Notes: generated by a model from the sequence alone, not told the origin. A DNA stretch of 64,000 nt from Candidatus Saccharibacteria bacterium UBA2952 (GCA_002348605.1 DEBQ01000006.1:78715-142714); one strand, 5' to 3'; positions 1-10,598 are shown, numbered from the stretch's first letter. Program-made: numbers and translations.

Positions 1-139
1 CCGTACTGCTTATCGGTGGTGCTGGCGTTAGCACCTACATAGTACAATCCGAGCCGCATTGGTTTTGGCCTGGCTTTGGACAAGCAAGTCAGGCGATATT
101 TAAAAGCGTGCTGAGTGCGATTATATTACCTTTTAGGTT

Positions 140-1918
140 CTAGTCGCGCTTCAGCATAACGGTAAACGCCTCGGACGGGATATCAACTTTACCGAACCGT
201 TTCATGCGCTTTTTACCTTTGGCTTGTTTGGCAAGGACTTTCTTTTTTCGTGATACGTCGCCGCCGTATAGGCCGGTAGTGACGTCTTTTCGGTAAGCGC
301 TGACGTCTTCGCGGGCAATAAATTTACCACCAATCGCCGCCTGTAAACTTACCTGAAAATTCTGGCGTGGGATGACTTCTTTGAGTTTTTTGACCGTTTC
401 GCGGCCCAGACTTTGGCTTTCGGAACGGTGCGCCATAACAGACAGAGCGTCGACAATCTCCCCGGCTACGTAAAAATCTACTTTTACCAAGTCTTCAGCC
501 CGGTATTCGCTTAGTTCGTAGTTAAAACTACCGTAGCCTGAAGTAACACTCTTTAGCTGGTCATAAAAATCGGTCAGCAGGTTTGCCAGTGGCGCTTCAA
601 AGCTAATGAGTGCACGCTCATCTATATAGCTGAGGTTCTTTTGCCTGCCACGCTTACTGACAATGAGCTGAATGACGGAGCCAATGTATTGTTCGGGAAC
701 GACGATTTCGCCGTTAATCCATGGCTCACGGATTTCAGTAATCTTCGTAACTAGCGGAAGGTCGGCAGCCGATTTTATGTCGACCTGTTCACCGTCGGTC
801 ATTGTCACTTGGTAATCTGTGCTTGGGTTGGTGACAACTAAGTCAAGGTTATATTCGCGCTCCAGCCGCTCGCGCACGATGTCCATATGAAGTAGCCCAA
901 GGAATCCAATGCGGACACCGAACCCAAGCACCGGTGAGTTTTCTGGCTCGAACTGCAACGCCGAATCGCTCATACTCAGCTTTTCAATCGCTTCTTTGAG
1001 TTCGACATAATCTTCGTTGGAAACTGGAAAGAAGCCGGCGTACACAAACGGCTTGACGTTCTTGTAGCCTGGCAGTGGCTGGTCAGCGTGAGAACGCTTG
1101 ACTGTTATCGTGTCGCCGACCCGCGCATCGCGCGTCGTCTTCAAGTTCGTCACAATATAGCCAATTTCGCCCGTGCCAAGAGAATCACTGGGCCGCATAG
1201 TCGGCGAAAGTGACCCAACTTCAAGTGCTAGACCGCTCGCGCCAGTCGCAAGCATTTCAATCGTATCGCCTTTTTTGATTTGGCCGTCGAACAGACGTGT
1301 GTACAAAATGACACCGCGGTAGTCGTCGTAGTAACTGTCAAATATCAATGCGCGCGTCGCGCTGTCCTTCGCGCCACTTGGCGGCGCGACATTTTCAATC
1401 ACGGCATCGAGCAGCGCCGGTACGCCCTCGCCCGTCTTGGCACTAATTTTTAAAATGTCATCTTCATTGCAACCCAAAAGATTAATAACCTGCGCGCTGA
1501 CTTTTTCGACGTCTGCAGCCGGAAGGTCAACTTTATTAAGCACCGGAATGATTGTCAGTTCGGCCGCCATTGCCAAATATACGTTAGCGAGTGTTTGGGC
1601 TTGGATTCCTTGTGACGCGTCGACGACCAATATCGCACCTTCGCAGGCTTCAAGGCTACGGCTAACTTCGTACGAAAAGTCGACGTGTCCTGGCGTGTCG
1701 ATGAGGTTCAGCTCGTACCCCTGGTATTCCATACGAACCGGCGCTAGTTTAATAGTAATACCTTTTTCGCGCTCTAAATCCATGCTGTCGAGCAGCTGGC
1801 TTTTCATATCACGTTTATTGACCGTGCCGGTGATTTCAAGTAGCCGGTCTGCAAGCGTCGACTTACCATGGTCAATGTGCGCGATAATACAGAAGTTCCT
1901 GATATGTGACTGATCCAT
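140..1918 (-). CDS. lepA: Translation elongation factor 4 (LepA GTPase)
   Basis: 592 aa ORF with GTPase motifs AHIDHGKST, DTPGHVDF, NKVD and a LepA-type basic C-terminal tail. Confidence 0.95.
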   Translation of the reverse strand: MDQSHIRNFCIIAHIDHGKSTLADRLLEITGTVNKRDMKSQLLDSMDLEREKGITIKLAPVRMEYQGYELNLIDTPGHVDFSYEVSRSLEACEGAILVVDASQGIQAQTLANVYLAMAAELTIIPVLNKVDLPAADVEKVSAQVINLLGCNEDDILKISAKTGEGVPALLDAVIENVAPPSGAKDSATRALIFDSYYDDYRGVILYTRLFDGQIKKGDTIEMLATGASGLALEVGSLSPTMRPSDSLGTGEIGYIVTNLKTTRDARVGDTITVKRSHADQPLPGYKNVKPFVYAGFFPVSNEDYVELKEAIEKLSMSDSALQFEPENSPVLGFGVRIGFLGLLHMDIVRERLEREYNLDLVVTNPSTDYQVTMTDGEQVDIKSAADLPLVTKITEIREPWINGEIVVPEQYIGSVIQLIVSKRGRQKNLSYIDERALISFEAPLANLLTDFYDQLKSVTSGYGSFNYELSEYRAEDLVKVDFYVAGEIVDALSVMAHRSESQSLGRETVKKLKEVIPRQNFQVSLQAAIGGKFIAREDVSAYRKDVTTGLYGGDVSRKKKVLAKQAKGKKRMKRFGKVDIPSEAFTVMLKRD

Positions 1919-1922
1919 AAAG

Positions 1923-3551
1923 TTAGCTGCGCACGCTTCCAGTCGTAAAACGCTTCACCGTCTTTATAATCGGATTTACTTCTTGCAACTTCAGCAGCCG
2001 GCTGAACACTACGTACGCCACAATACTGACTCCTACGATGAGAACGAACTTCGGGAAGGTAAAGTAAAAACTACTGCTCGCCCCGGCTTGGAGCGGGAAA
2101 ATAAGCACCATACAGTAGCTAACTATCGCCATAAAGCCAGTAGCACTCATCATACGCCAAACACCACTCCAGAATGTCCGGTCGAACAGCCCGCCCAGTC
2201 GTACTGACATAACAATGAACAGAATGACGACTTCGACCGCGGCCATAATCGACTGCGCCCATGCTAAACCATACGCGCCCATGTTCAGTACGGCCGTGAA
2301 CGTGACAGCCAGAACGATATTAAGGCCGATTGAAAAGAATGAAATATAAAGCGGCGTCCTGGTGTCTTGCTGGGCGTAAAACGTCCGGGCAGCAATATAG
2401 TAAATAGACCTAAATAGTATCACCGTCGTGAGCGCTCCCAAAAGTCCGGCCATCAACGGGTCACCTTCGTTCTTAATGAAGCTAATGACATACCCACGGG
2501 TAAAGAACGTGATGATTGCGACCGGTAAGCTAAGCCATATGATCACCCGCAGAACCGTACGAAGTTCTGACTTAAAAAGTTCTGTCTTACCTTCGCTCAG
2601 CCGCTCAGTCATTTGTGGGAATGCGGCGGTTGAAATCGCAACTCCGATTAAGTTGATTGGGGCCATCATTAGCGTCGTCGCATAGTTGTAGGCCGTCAGC
2701 GTTCCTGCCGCCATGCGCGACGCCAAGTTGGTTTCAACAATTCCGACGACATAGTCCATGCCTTGGTCGAGCGACCGGGCAGGAAGCAGGCTAAGCACTT
2801 TACGAAAGCCTTTGTTTTTCCAGTAAATCTTAAACCTGTAGTCAAAGCCCAGGCCAATCAACCCAATACTACTCACGATAAGCTGCATGATCGAACCGAA
2901 CACGACACCAAGCGCTACACCCATGATGCCGCCATCGAACACTTGCCAGCCGAATATGTTAATACCGTTGGTAAAGAACAATATCCCCGTTATGATACCC
3001 AGGTTATAAATAATCGGCGCCAGTGCATAAAACGTAAACCGGCCGACCGCCTGTTGGATACTGGCAATCACCGTTGCGACAGCGAACAGGAATGGGTTGA
3101 CTGCAATAACCCGCATCATGCTAACAGCCAATGCCGTACCGGATTCGCTAAGGCCAGGAGCAATGACGAACCGAATGAGTGGCTCGGCAAAAATGATAAT
3201 AAGTATGCTCGCAACGAGTGTCGCGAGTGCCATTAAATTGACCAAGCTTGTCGAAAGCCGCCAGGCGGATTTTTTGTTACCACTCGCCATACGCTGGTTA
3301 AATACCGGTATAAATGTGACGCTCAGCGCTCCCGACACCAAGATGAAATACATGAAGTCCGGTAGTAAGAATGCAGCGTTATAGGCGTCTAGTCCAACAG
3401 GGTAGGTGTCGTAGTAAAAGTTGGTCAGCAGACGGATTCGAATAATACCGAACACCATCGACGCCAGCAATGCGCTTGAAAGCAGAATAGCCGCAAACTG
3501 TACAGTCAGTTTGCGGTTTGCTCTGGCGACGACGCTTTGGACACGGCCCAT
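1923..3551 (-). CDS. murJ: Lipid II flippase MurJ/MviN family
   Basis: 542 aa polytopic membrane protein with MviN/MurJ-like N-terminus and about 14 hydrophobic segments; 4 nt from lepA start. Confidence 0.85.
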   Translation of the reverse strand: MGRVQSVVARANRKLTVQFAAILLSSALLASMVFGIIRIRLLTNFYYDTYPVGLDAYNAAFLLPDFMYFILVSGALSVTFIPVFNQRMASGNKKSAWRLSTSLVNLMALATLVASILIIIFAEPLIRFVIAPGLSESGTALAVSMMRVIAVNPFLFAVATVIASIQQAVGRFTFYALAPIIYNLGIITGILFFTNGINIFGWQVFDGGIMGVALGVVFGSIMQLIVSSIGLIGLGFDYRFKIYWKNKGFRKVLSLLPARSLDQGMDYVVGIVETNLASRMAAGTLTAYNYATTLMMAPINLIGVAISTAAFPQMTERLSEGKTELFKSELRTVLRVIIWLSLPVAIITFFTRGYVISFIKNEGDPLMAGLLGALTTVILFRSIYYIAARTFYAQQDTRTPLYISFFSIGLNIVLAVTFTAVLNMGAYGLAWAQSIMAAVEVVILFIVMSVRLGGLFDRTFWSGVWRMMSATGFMAIVSYCMVLIFPLQAGASSSFYFTFPKFVLIVGVSIVAYVVFSRLLKLQEVNPIIKTVKRFTTGSVRS

Positions 3552-3561
3552 CAGTTGTTCC

Positions 3562-5433
3562 CTATGCTGCCGGGTGGAGCATTACTTCCTTTGGTAGCAC
3601 CGTATCTTTCAAAATGGTGTTCACGATATCTTCTTCAAGCGTTTCTTCCTTCAGAAGTGCCGCGGCCAACGTTTCAAGGCTGGCCATGTTGTGTGTCAGC
3701 ACTACCTCGGCCCGGTGAGCAGCTTCTTTTATAAGACTCTCGACTTCGCGGTCAATCTCACGTGCCGTGTCATCGCTATACGGACGTTCGTGGGTAATCT
3801 TGTCGAATACCATGCCGCCGTTGTCGTCGTGGAACACCTGGTCACGAAGCCCCTTGCCCATACCTTGTTCGATAATCATATCGCGGGCAATTTCGGTGGC
3901 CTTTCGCAGGTCGCTACCTGCACCGGTCGTAATGCCGTCACTGCCGTACTTAATCTTTTCGGCCACACGTCCACCCATTGCCCGGGCCAAGATATCCTTG
4001 AACTCATATACGTTCGTATAGCTTTTGTCCTCTGGTGGCAAGAACCATGTCACGCCGCCTGTACCACCGCGCGGAATGATTGTCACCTTATGTACCGGGT
4101 CGCTGTCTGGCAGCACGTGGCCAACAATAGCGTGCCCGGCTTCATGGTAGGCGGTCAGCTCTTTTTCTTTGTCGTTCATAACCTTGGCTTTACGTTCTGG
4201 TCCGATGGCGACTTTTTCAAACGCTTCGGTAAGATCCTTGTTCGAAATCATCTTCGAGTTACGACGCGCTGCGATAATGGCAGCTTCGTTGGCAATGTTG
4301 GCCAGGTCGGCACCACTTGAACCGGCTGTCTTAGCGGCAAGTTTGTCCAGGTTGACGGTTGGGTCGGTTGGCTTGTTCTTAAAGTGGACTTTCAAAATCG
4401 CCTCGCGGTCACGTCGCTCTGGCAGCATGATGTTGGTGCGGCGGTCGAACCGTCCCGGACGAAGCAGGGCAGGGTCAAGTACGTCGGCCCGGTTGGTGGC
4501 CGCAAGCACAATGACGTTCGTGCCGGTTTCGAATCCATCCATTTCTACTAGAATCTGGTTCAGGGTCTGTTCGCGTTCGTCGTGTCCGCCACCCATACCG
4601 CTGCCTCGCTTACGACCAACGGCATCGATTTCGTCGATAAAAATAATGGCCGGTGCATTCTTTTTAGCCTTGGCGAACAGGTCGCGCACTCGGCTAGCTC
4701 CGACACCCACGAACATTTCAACGAATTCGGAACCCGAAATACTAAAGAACGGCACATTGGCTTCACCGGCGACAGCGCGGGCCAGCATGGTCTTACCAGT
4801 ACCTGGGCTTCCAACAAGCAGTACGCCCTTTGGAATCTTGGCGCCAAGCTGCTGGTACTTCTTCGGGTGCTTCAAAAAGTCCACGACTTCTTCAAGGTCT
4901 TGCTTGGCGGCATCGTTACCTGCGATATCAGCAAACACCACCTTTTCTTTGTCGAGTCCGTACAGCTTTGCCTTGCTTTTACCAAACCCAAGCGCCTGGT
5001 TGTTCTGGCCCTGCGCCTGACGCATCATGAACAGGAACAGCAGACCGATTAGCACAACTGGCAGCAGAATGCTGGTTGCCGCCCAAATAGCATTACCAGT
5101 CTCGGACGGCTTCTTAATATTAACGTCGACATTGGCGTCTTTGTTTAGCCCCTGCTCGTAAATGCTTGAGTTTGGTTCTTTAGTCGACTTTTCTGTCGCT
5201 TTGTCTTGACCTTTTGGCGTGACTTTCACGTCGTCGCCTTCAATCTCGATTTTTGAAATTTCACCCTTGTTCGCCCGTTCGGTTACGCTCTTGAGCGATA
5301 CCTGCTTCAGGCTTTCCTGTGGAGACGTAAGAGCAATAACAGCAAGCGTCGAAGCGACGAGCACTAGCCAAAACAAGCCAAGCCGCACCATGTTGCTCAT
5401 ACGTTTGCCAGATGAAGGTTTCTTTGCAGCCAT
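3562..5433 (-). CDS. ftsH: ATP-dependent zinc metalloprotease FtsH
   Basis: N-terminal TM segments, Walker A GSPGTGKT, Walker B IIFIDEID, zinc site HEAGHA. Confidence 0.95.
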   Translation of the reverse strand: MAAKKPSSGKRMSNMVRLGLFWLVLVASTLAVIALTSPQESLKQVSLKSVTERANKGEISKIEIEGDDVKVTPKGQDKATEKSTKEPNSSIYEQGLNKDANVDVNIKKPSETGNAIWAATSILLPVVLIGLLFLFMMRQAQGQNNQALGFGKSKAKLYGLDKEKVVFADIAGNDAAKQDLEEVVDFLKHPKKYQQLGAKIPKGVLLVGSPGTGKTMLARAVAGEANVPFFSISGSEFVEMFVGVGASRVRDLFAKAKKNAPAIIFIDEIDAVGRKRGSGMGGGHDEREQTLNQILVEMDGFETGTNVIVLAATNRADVLDPALLRPGRFDRRTNIMLPERRDREAILKVHFKNKPTDPTVNLDKLAAKTAGSSGADLANIANEAAIIAARRNSKMISNKDLTEAFEKVAIGPERKAKVMNDKEKELTAYHEAGHAIVGHVLPDSDPVHKVTIIPRGGTGGVTWFLPPEDKSYTNVYEFKDILARAMGGRVAEKIKYGSDGITTGAGSDLRKATEIARDMIIEQGMGKGLRDQVFHDDNGGMVFDKITHERPYSDDTAREIDREVESLIKEAAHRAEVVLTHNMASLETLAAALLKEETLEEDIVNTILKDTVLPKEVMLHPAA

Positions 5434-5511
5434 AAAGTTAAATTATCGTCCTTTCTTGTTCAGTCAGAATGCTCAAGTTACTCCTTGAAATCACTCCTAT
5501 AAATATAGCAG

Positions 5512-6342
5512 TCATAAGGGGTGTTTGACAATGAACTCGCGTTTCGTGAACTCGACAAGCGTGTGGCCACCTGGTTCAAACGTACTGCCAGCCTTGGCTG
5601 TCTTGACAGCATGGAGCAACCGTTGTCGTCTCGGACGGTCAAGTGAGAGTGCTTGGCCAGCTAGTGTGGCGCGGAGTAGCTCTAATGCTGACGCGTCATC
5701 AATCATCGTCAAAAAGTAGCGCGACGACGTGGCCAGTCGCTCCGCTTCGCCGTCAATATCGGACGCAAGTCGGGTTTGCCGCTGCCACATATCAATCAGT
5801 TTTTTCTTTGCTTGGTCATCGAGCAAATTCAATCGTTTTCGAACCCGGTTACGAAGGTATTTGTCCGAAGTATTTGTAGCATCTTCGACCCACTCCAGTC
5901 CGTTTGCCACGGCATAGTCGTATAGCTGCTTTTTTGTGCGGTCAAGTAACAGTCTGTCGATTGTAGGGTCGTTCATTACTGCCAGTCCGCGCCACCCTGT
6001 GCCCCGCACCTGATTAATCACGATCGTTTCGAGCACGTCATCCATATGATGCGCTGTCGCAAGTCGCGCGCCGTGTTTTGTGGCCATGCGCCGCAAAAAG
6101 TCGTATCGGGCACTCCGCGCCGTATCTTCATTGGCGCTCGCGCCAAGTTCACCCTGTTCCAGCTCGAATGGAAGGCCGTACCGTTTTGCCAACCCACCCA
6201 CAAAATGGGCGTCGTCATCCGATTCCTGCCGTATACCGTGGTCAAAATGCGCGACCACTAGTTCGTGCTCACCGGAACGCACCAACATATCCAGCAGTGC
6301 CACCGAGTCCACCCCTCCGCTAACCGCAACCACATACTTCAC
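5512..6342 (-). CDS. tilS: tRNA(Ile)-lysidine synthase TilS
   Basis: PP-loop VAVSGGVDS near N-terminus. ORF track extends to 6381, but an in-frame GTG at 6342 sits 7 nt downstream of TATACT (6350-6355), which removes the overlap with the polymerase gene. Confidence 0.85.
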   Translation of the reverse strand: MKYVVAVSGGVDSVALLDMLVRSGEHELVVAHFDHGIRQESDDDAHFVGGLAKRYGLPFELEQGELGASANEDTARSARYDFLRRMATKHGARLATAHHMDDVLETIVINQVRGTGWRGLAVMNDPTIDRLLLDRTKKQLYDYAVANGLEWVEDATNTSDKYLRNRVRKRLNLLDDQAKKKLIDMWQRQTRLASDIDGEAERLATSSRYFLTMIDDASALELLRATLAGQALSLDRPRRQRLLHAVKTAKAGSTFEPGGHTLVEFTKREFIVKHPL

Positions 6343-6358
6343 GCATCTTAGTATACCG

Positions 6359-7609
6359 CTACAGATAGCGAGTGCTGCCAAAAGGTATTTTTTCTTTCAC
6401 CATCCTAGTAGTCAACGTGTCGGCAGAATGAATGACCCGTTTACCGTAGCGACCATTAATTTGGTCGACCGCGTTTGTCAGCGACTTGTCGCGTGCCAGC
6501 TCATCGCCGAACAAATGTAGTTGTGACTCGTCGGGTTCGCTCAATTCGTAACACGACACGCCGATTTCCTTCACGAACATCGGCGCGCCTTCAAATAACT
6601 TCTTGGCCTGTTCAAAGATCGCTTGGTTCGAAAAGAACGGCACGGCTGCCATGTGCCGAGCATGCCAATACGAACCACGCCACCCCCGACCGGTATCGCT
6701 ATAGCTCCGCGCATGGACCGACACGCCACGCGCCACCAACCCCTGCGACCGGACTTTCGCCCCGGTTTCTTCACACAAATGGTGCAGGCGTTTCAGTACT
6801 TCAGCTCGCGGCATTTTATAGCCGTCCAGCACGTATTGTCGCCCGGCCGTGCGTATAGGGAAGTCACGTTTGTCGACTTCCCAACCGCGCAGACGTTGGT
6901 GCCATTCCAGCCCAACAATGCTCTTAAACACCATCTTTTGTAGCAGCACCGGGTCAGCATCCAAAAACTGCAGGGGCGTAAAAATCCCAACCGCATTCAA
7001 CCGCTTTTCAAATTGCTCGGCAATACCAGTCAGGTCGGTCAGTTCAAGTGTGCCAAATACCTCGCGCAGGTTGTCGGCCGTAATGACATCCAGCCCGTTC
7101 GGTTTATGCAGACTGGCGGCCGTCTTCGCCAAAAACCGATTAGTAGCAATGCCAACGTTGCAGTTCATTGCACTACCAACCTCGTTCCATAACCGCTGCT
7201 TTATTTCCCAGCCTATATCCACCAAGTCACGATTCTGCATGGCCAGCGTCGAATCCGAAAAATCAATCACGCCTTCGTCAATGCTCTTCATGCGTACGTG
7301 CGCCGAATAATCCTGCATAATCCGCATCAGCTGGTGGTACACATAACGATATTTCGGTGGGTCGCTCTCGAGTCCAATTAGGTCCGGGCACAGCTTCTTA
7401 GCGTCACGCAGCCGCATACCCAACTTCACTCCCATCGCCTTGGCTTCGTAACTGGCGGTCACGATCATAGTGGTGTCGGTGCGGCGGTTCACGATCGCCA
7501 CCGGCCGGCCGCGCAGTCGTGGCCGTGCTTGCTGTTCAACTGTGGCGAAGCAGCTGTTAAGGTCAATGTGGATTACCGTCGGCCGAGCGGCGTTATAGTC
7601 GTTCCTCAT
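6359..7609 (-). CDS. dinB: Y-family DNA polymerase (Pol IV/DinB-like)
   Basis: 416 aa; N-terminal IHIDLNSCFATVE catalytic motif and overall UmuC/DinB layout. Confidence 0.85.
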   Translation of the reverse strand: MRNDYNAARPTVIHIDLNSCFATVEQQARPRLRGRPVAIVNRRTDTTMIVTASYEAKAMGVKLGMRLRDAKKLCPDLIGLESDPPKYRYVYHQLMRIMQDYSAHVRMKSIDEGVIDFSDSTLAMQNRDLVDIGWEIKQRLWNEVGSAMNCNVGIATNRFLAKTAASLHKPNGLDVITADNLREVFGTLELTDLTGIAEQFEKRLNAVGIFTPLQFLDADPVLLQKMVFKSIVGLEWHQRLRGWEVDKRDFPIRTAGRQYVLDGYKMPRAEVLKRLHHLCEETGAKVRSQGLVARGVSVHARSYSDTGRGWRGSYWHARHMAAVPFFSNQAIFEQAKKLFEGAPMFVKEIGVSCYELSEPDESQLHLFGDELARDKSLTNAVDQINGRYGKRVIHSADTLTTRMVKEKIPFGSTRYL

Positions 7610-7869
7610 GAGTGGTCGGCCTCCATAGCGAGCGTCCAGGTCAGCCGTTCGGCGTCGAACTCCAGCCTGTAGTCGGCTCCTCCGTCAGTCACGTCGAACA
7701 TATGCACCATGCGATTGCCCTGCATGGTAGGGTGCCGCAAGCCAATTTCGCTGATTTCTATCACTCGGCCGTTGCGGCGGCGGAATTTAATCGGCACACA
7801 GGGGTTCAGGCCAGTACCGAACGTCGCCACTACGTCCACCCGTTCGTTTATAAAAGTCTCGTCATCCAT
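7606..7869 (-). CDS. Small hypothetical protein translationally coupled to the Y-family polymerase
   Basis: 87 aa ORF; stop overlaps polymerase ATG (ATGA, 7606-7609); GGAG 9-12 nt upstream of ATG. Confidence 0.6.
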   Translation of the reverse strand: MDDETFINERVDVVATFGTGLNPCVPIKFRRRNGRVIEISEIGLRHPTMQGNRMVHMFDVTDGGADYRLEFDAERLTWTLAMEADHS

Positions 7870-8125
7870 AGTAGAGTCTCCGGGAGGGGCTCACCCCTCC
7901 ACTTCATCTTTGGAGTGAATCCAAAGATTCGCTCCTCCCCCTAAAGCTCGGCTACGCCTTGTGCTTTCAGCGGGTTGATATTGTAGAGAAACGTTACTGG
8001 TCGTTCGTCCGTTTTTTCACCCGTTTCTTAGCGAAAATCCGAAGACGATGAATGGATGACAAATCGTAAGGGACGCTTTGCCCCTTCAAAAGGGAAGGGC
8101 TAGTGTGTATTACGTGTCAGTACTT

Positions 8126-8155
8126 ATTATAAGTCCTCTTGCCTTGCGGTGTCAA
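8126..8155 (-). promoter_or_regulatory. Putative sigma70-type promoter (TTGACA-N18-TATAAT) for the small-ORF/polymerase operon
   Basis: rc of 8150-8155 is TTGACA and rc of 8126-8131 is TATAAT; lies about 255 nt upstream of the 7869 start. Confidence 0.5.
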
Positions 8156-8197
8156 AATGTCATTAAACTATTTGGTTAAATGACTTATCGACACCGC
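8146..8197 (-). promoter_or_regulatory. Imperfect 52-bp inverted repeat just downstream of maf, overlapping the -35 box
   Basis: Outer arms GCGGTGTC / GACACCGC plus inner AATGTCATT / AAATGACTT pairing; no U-run after it on the minus strand, so terminator versus operator is unresolved. Confidence 0.4.
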
Positions 8198-8215
8198 ATT
8201 TAATTTTCAATATCT

Positions 8216-8830
8216 TTAGGCCGTAGCATGCTCAACTTGTTCGTCAGCCGTGAGCGCTGTCGCTGTTATGCCACACTTCTCAAGTAGTTCCGCCAGTACA
8301 CCGGTTGGCAGCCCGATGACTGTATCAAAGTTGCCATCGTACTTTTCAATAAGTGGCCCAGCACCACTTTGAATTCCATAAGCACCAGCTTTGTCCATCG
8401 GATCGCCTGTGGCTACATACGCCGCAACCGCCGCTTCGTCGTACGGTTTAAAGTGAACGGCTGTTGTATCCGCCTCGCTCAATCGTATATTGCCGTTCAT
8501 ACACACCAACGCTACGGCCGTCGTTACATGGTTTGTCTTACCTGCCAAATCCTTCAACATTTCGTGGGCATTTTCTGGCGATATTGGTTTTTCAAGCTGG
8601 CGACCTTCAATAGTCACTATCGTGTCACTGCCAATCACATATGCGTCAGGGTAGTTTTTTGCCACGTCAATTGCTTTTCCTAGTGCCAGTTCTTTGGCAA
8701 CAACGACTGGGTCCCGAGTGTTATCAAGCTTTTCGTCAAACCGGCTCGGAATCGTATCAAACGTCACGCCCATCGCACGTAGTAGGGCACTGCGGCGCGA
8801 AGATTGACTGGCAAGAATAACCTGTTTCAT
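8216..8830 (-). CDS. maf: Maf-like nucleoside triphosphate pyrophosphatase (septum formation protein)
   Basis: 204 aa; N-terminal ILASQSSRRSALL and C-terminal AGAYGIQ motifs typical of Maf. Confidence 0.9.
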   Translation of the reverse strand: MKQVILASQSSRRSALLRAMGVTFDTIPSRFDEKLDNTRDPVVVAKELALGKAIDVAKNYPDAYVIGSDTIVTIEGRQLEKPISPENAHEMLKDLAGKTNHVTTAVALVCMNGNIRLSEADTTAVHFKPYDEAAVAAYVATGDPMDKAGAYGIQSGAGPLIEKYDGNFDTVIGLPTGVLAELLEKCGITATALTADEQVEHATA

Positions 8831-8883
8831 GTTCTCAGTATAAAAGAATCTCGGAATAGTCCGAGGTTCTCTTGATATTCACG

Positions 8884-8960
8884 TGGTAGCAGCGGCTGGG
8901 ATTGAACCAGCGACCTTAGGCTTATGAGTCCTACGCTCTAACCAACTGAGCTACGCTGCC
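8884..8960 (-). tRNA. tRNA with CAU anticodon (elongator Met or lysidine-modified Ile2), CCA encoded
   Basis: Cloverleaf GGCAGCG-TA-GCTC..GAGC-..CTCATAA..-GCTGGTTCAATCCCAGC-CGCTGCT-A-CCA. The T-arm resembles E. coli tRNA-Ile2 as I recall it. G1-U72 and A31-G39 are irregular. Confidence 0.85.
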
Positions 8961-9173
8961 AAATGGCTACCTGGAAGATTGTAGCAAATATCTAGCTTAC
9001 TTTCCAGGGGTGAGGAAGGGAAGTTGCCCGACGCGGCAGCGATTAAAGTCCTATCCTTCTATATACCATTCATGCCGCTTTATTAAACCAAACAGTTAAA
9101 TGTAATTTTTTTCATTATTAATTTTTTTCACCGGCGCTATACTTACTGCACCACTAAGCAGGAGGTCAGCTGT

Positions 9174-9545
9174 ATGCAAGAAGAACAAACTACTACTAGG
9201 ACGGTTGCCGACGAACCATCCGAAGCTCGTCGAACGACTACTCGTACATCTGTTTCCGGTGCGGTTGTTGCCCGACGTGCCGTGTATTGGATTGGCGGCT
9301 TTATTATCGCGCTAATTGCCCTTCGGTTCATATTCCTACTGCTCGGGGCTAACCGTGGCAGCGGATTTGTGGACTTTATTTATGATTTAACGACCGTACT
9401 CGTAGCGCCATTCTCAGGAATTTTCGGGGAACCGACATTCGGGGTAGCGTACTTTGAAACAAGTGCGCTTGTGGCGATTATTATTTATGGTTTGATTACG
9501 ATTGGAATCGGTAAGCTATTCACACTTAACCGTTCGGTTAATTAA
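9174..9545 (+). CDS. YggT-family-like small membrane protein
   Basis: 123 aa; polar N-terminus then two hydrophobic helices (VYWIGGFIIALIALRFIFLLLGAN); AGGAGG 7 nt upstream of ATG. Confidence 0.6.
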   Translation: MQEEQTTTRTVADEPSEARRTTTRTSVSGAVVARRAVYWIGGFIIALIALRFIFLLLGANRGSGFVDFIYDLTTVLVAPFSGIFGEPTFGVAYFETSALVAIIIYGLITIGIGKLFTLNRSVN

Positions 9546-9872
9546 TTATTTCTTACTTCTACCGTTTGTTTTCGTATCGTTCTGATTTTCTATAGTTCGA
9601 TATCAGTAAGAGAGGCTAATTTAGAGGCAACAAATCCGCGTAGCTGTTCTGTGCTTCGTGCTTGATTCCAGCTGGCGCTTTCTGGGTTGAATGTTGTTGT
9701 TTCCATCGTGGTGGATTCCTTTACATTTGTTGGTTTTGTTTGGTTGTAATATTATTTAAGCATAAACGTTGAAAAAAAGCAATACCTTTTTGACACTTTC
9801 TTCGTGTTTTTTGCGTTTACAGATACGCTTATGGTATAAATAACGTAGGATTATACCTAAAAACCAAACAGT

Positions 9873-10598
9873 ATGAACACATTTGACTCGCTTGTGATCG
9901 TCGCGGTCGCAGCCCTTATCCACGCCAGCTTCCAGCTTAGTGTCAGCATGTTGACGCTTCTGTCGAGCCATACCATCGGTGCTAAGCGTTCACACGCGCG
10001 TCTACTGGGCCTTACCAACGCCTTTACGCTTGGCGTTATGGTTATGACCGTCTTGTTGCTGTCGACGGCGGCCTTATTCGTGCAGGTCAAGTCTGCGTTT
10101 GTTGACCTTTCCGTTATGTGGGTCGCAGTCTGCGGACTGTTGTTCGGCCTTGGTATTGCCGTATGGATTTTTTACTACAGAAAAGAGCAGGGGACTTCCC
10201 TATGGCTTCCACGGGGAATGGCGCGCTATCTGTCAGACCGCACCAAAGCGACCAAGCAGGCACCCGAAGCGTTTGGACTAGGGCTTTCGAGCGTTATTGC
10301 CGAACTACTGTTCATATTTGCACCCGTCCTGGTGAGCGCCCTGGTGCTCGTCAAGCTTGACCCAGGCATGCAACTGCTTGGAATTCTGCTCTACACTGCC
10401 CTTTCGCTCTTTCCTCTTCTTGTGGTCAACGGATTAATTGGCAGTGGCCACAAAATTAGCCGGATTCAACGCTGGCGCGAAGAAAACAAAACATTCATGC
10501 AGTTTATCGCCGGCGGCGCTCTTATCGTGCTTGGCTTTTACGTCTATGTCGACCAAGTATTGCAGCCGACGGTGCTTGCCGCGGCGGGGAGTATTTAG
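9873..10598 (+). CDS. Polytopic membrane protein, function unknown
   Basis: 241 aa with about 6 hydrophobic segments; first gene of an apparent 3-gene unit. Confidence 0.6.
   Translation: MNTFDSLVIVAVAALIHASFQLSVSMLTLLSSHTIGAKRSHARLLGLTNAFTLGVMVMTVLLLSTAALFVQVKSAFVDLSVMWVAVCGLLFGLGIAVWIFYYRKEQGTSLWLPRGMARYLSDRTKATKQAPEAFGLGLSSVIAELLFIFAPVLVSALVLVKLDPGMQLLGILLYTALSLFPLLVVNGLIGSGHKISRIQRWREENKTFMQFIAGGALIVLGFYVYVDQVLQPTVLAAAGSI

Noticed and set aside
4169-5020. Long antisense ORFs in the track, for example 4169-5020 (+) opposite ftsH, 1437-1913 (+), 16003-16500 (+), 34813-35196 (+), 53846-54385 (-) and 63412-63939 (+).
   Set aside because: Each lies fully inside a confidently identified gene on the other strand. 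Their compositions are low-complexity and Ser/Arg/Ala-rich, as is typical of antisense frames. None has an SD or promoter.
7870-8215. A 346-bp gap that could hold a housekeeping RNA (RNase P, tmRNA, SRP RNA or 6S).
   Set aside because: None of the conserved cores I know was present on either strand: the RNase P GAGGAAAGUCC-type P4, the tmRNA tRNA-like ends and tag ORF, or the SRP domain IV GGAA/AGCA motifs. It is treated only as a structured leader.
9620-9706. A 28-aa minus-strand sORF (METTTFNPESASWNQGTKHRTATRICCL) with an AAGGA SD in the 327-bp gap between the yggT-like gene and the membrane protein gene.
   Set aside because: It is too short for coding statistics. No recognisable family or partner gene was seen, and there is no clear promoter. 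It cannot be supported from sequence alone.
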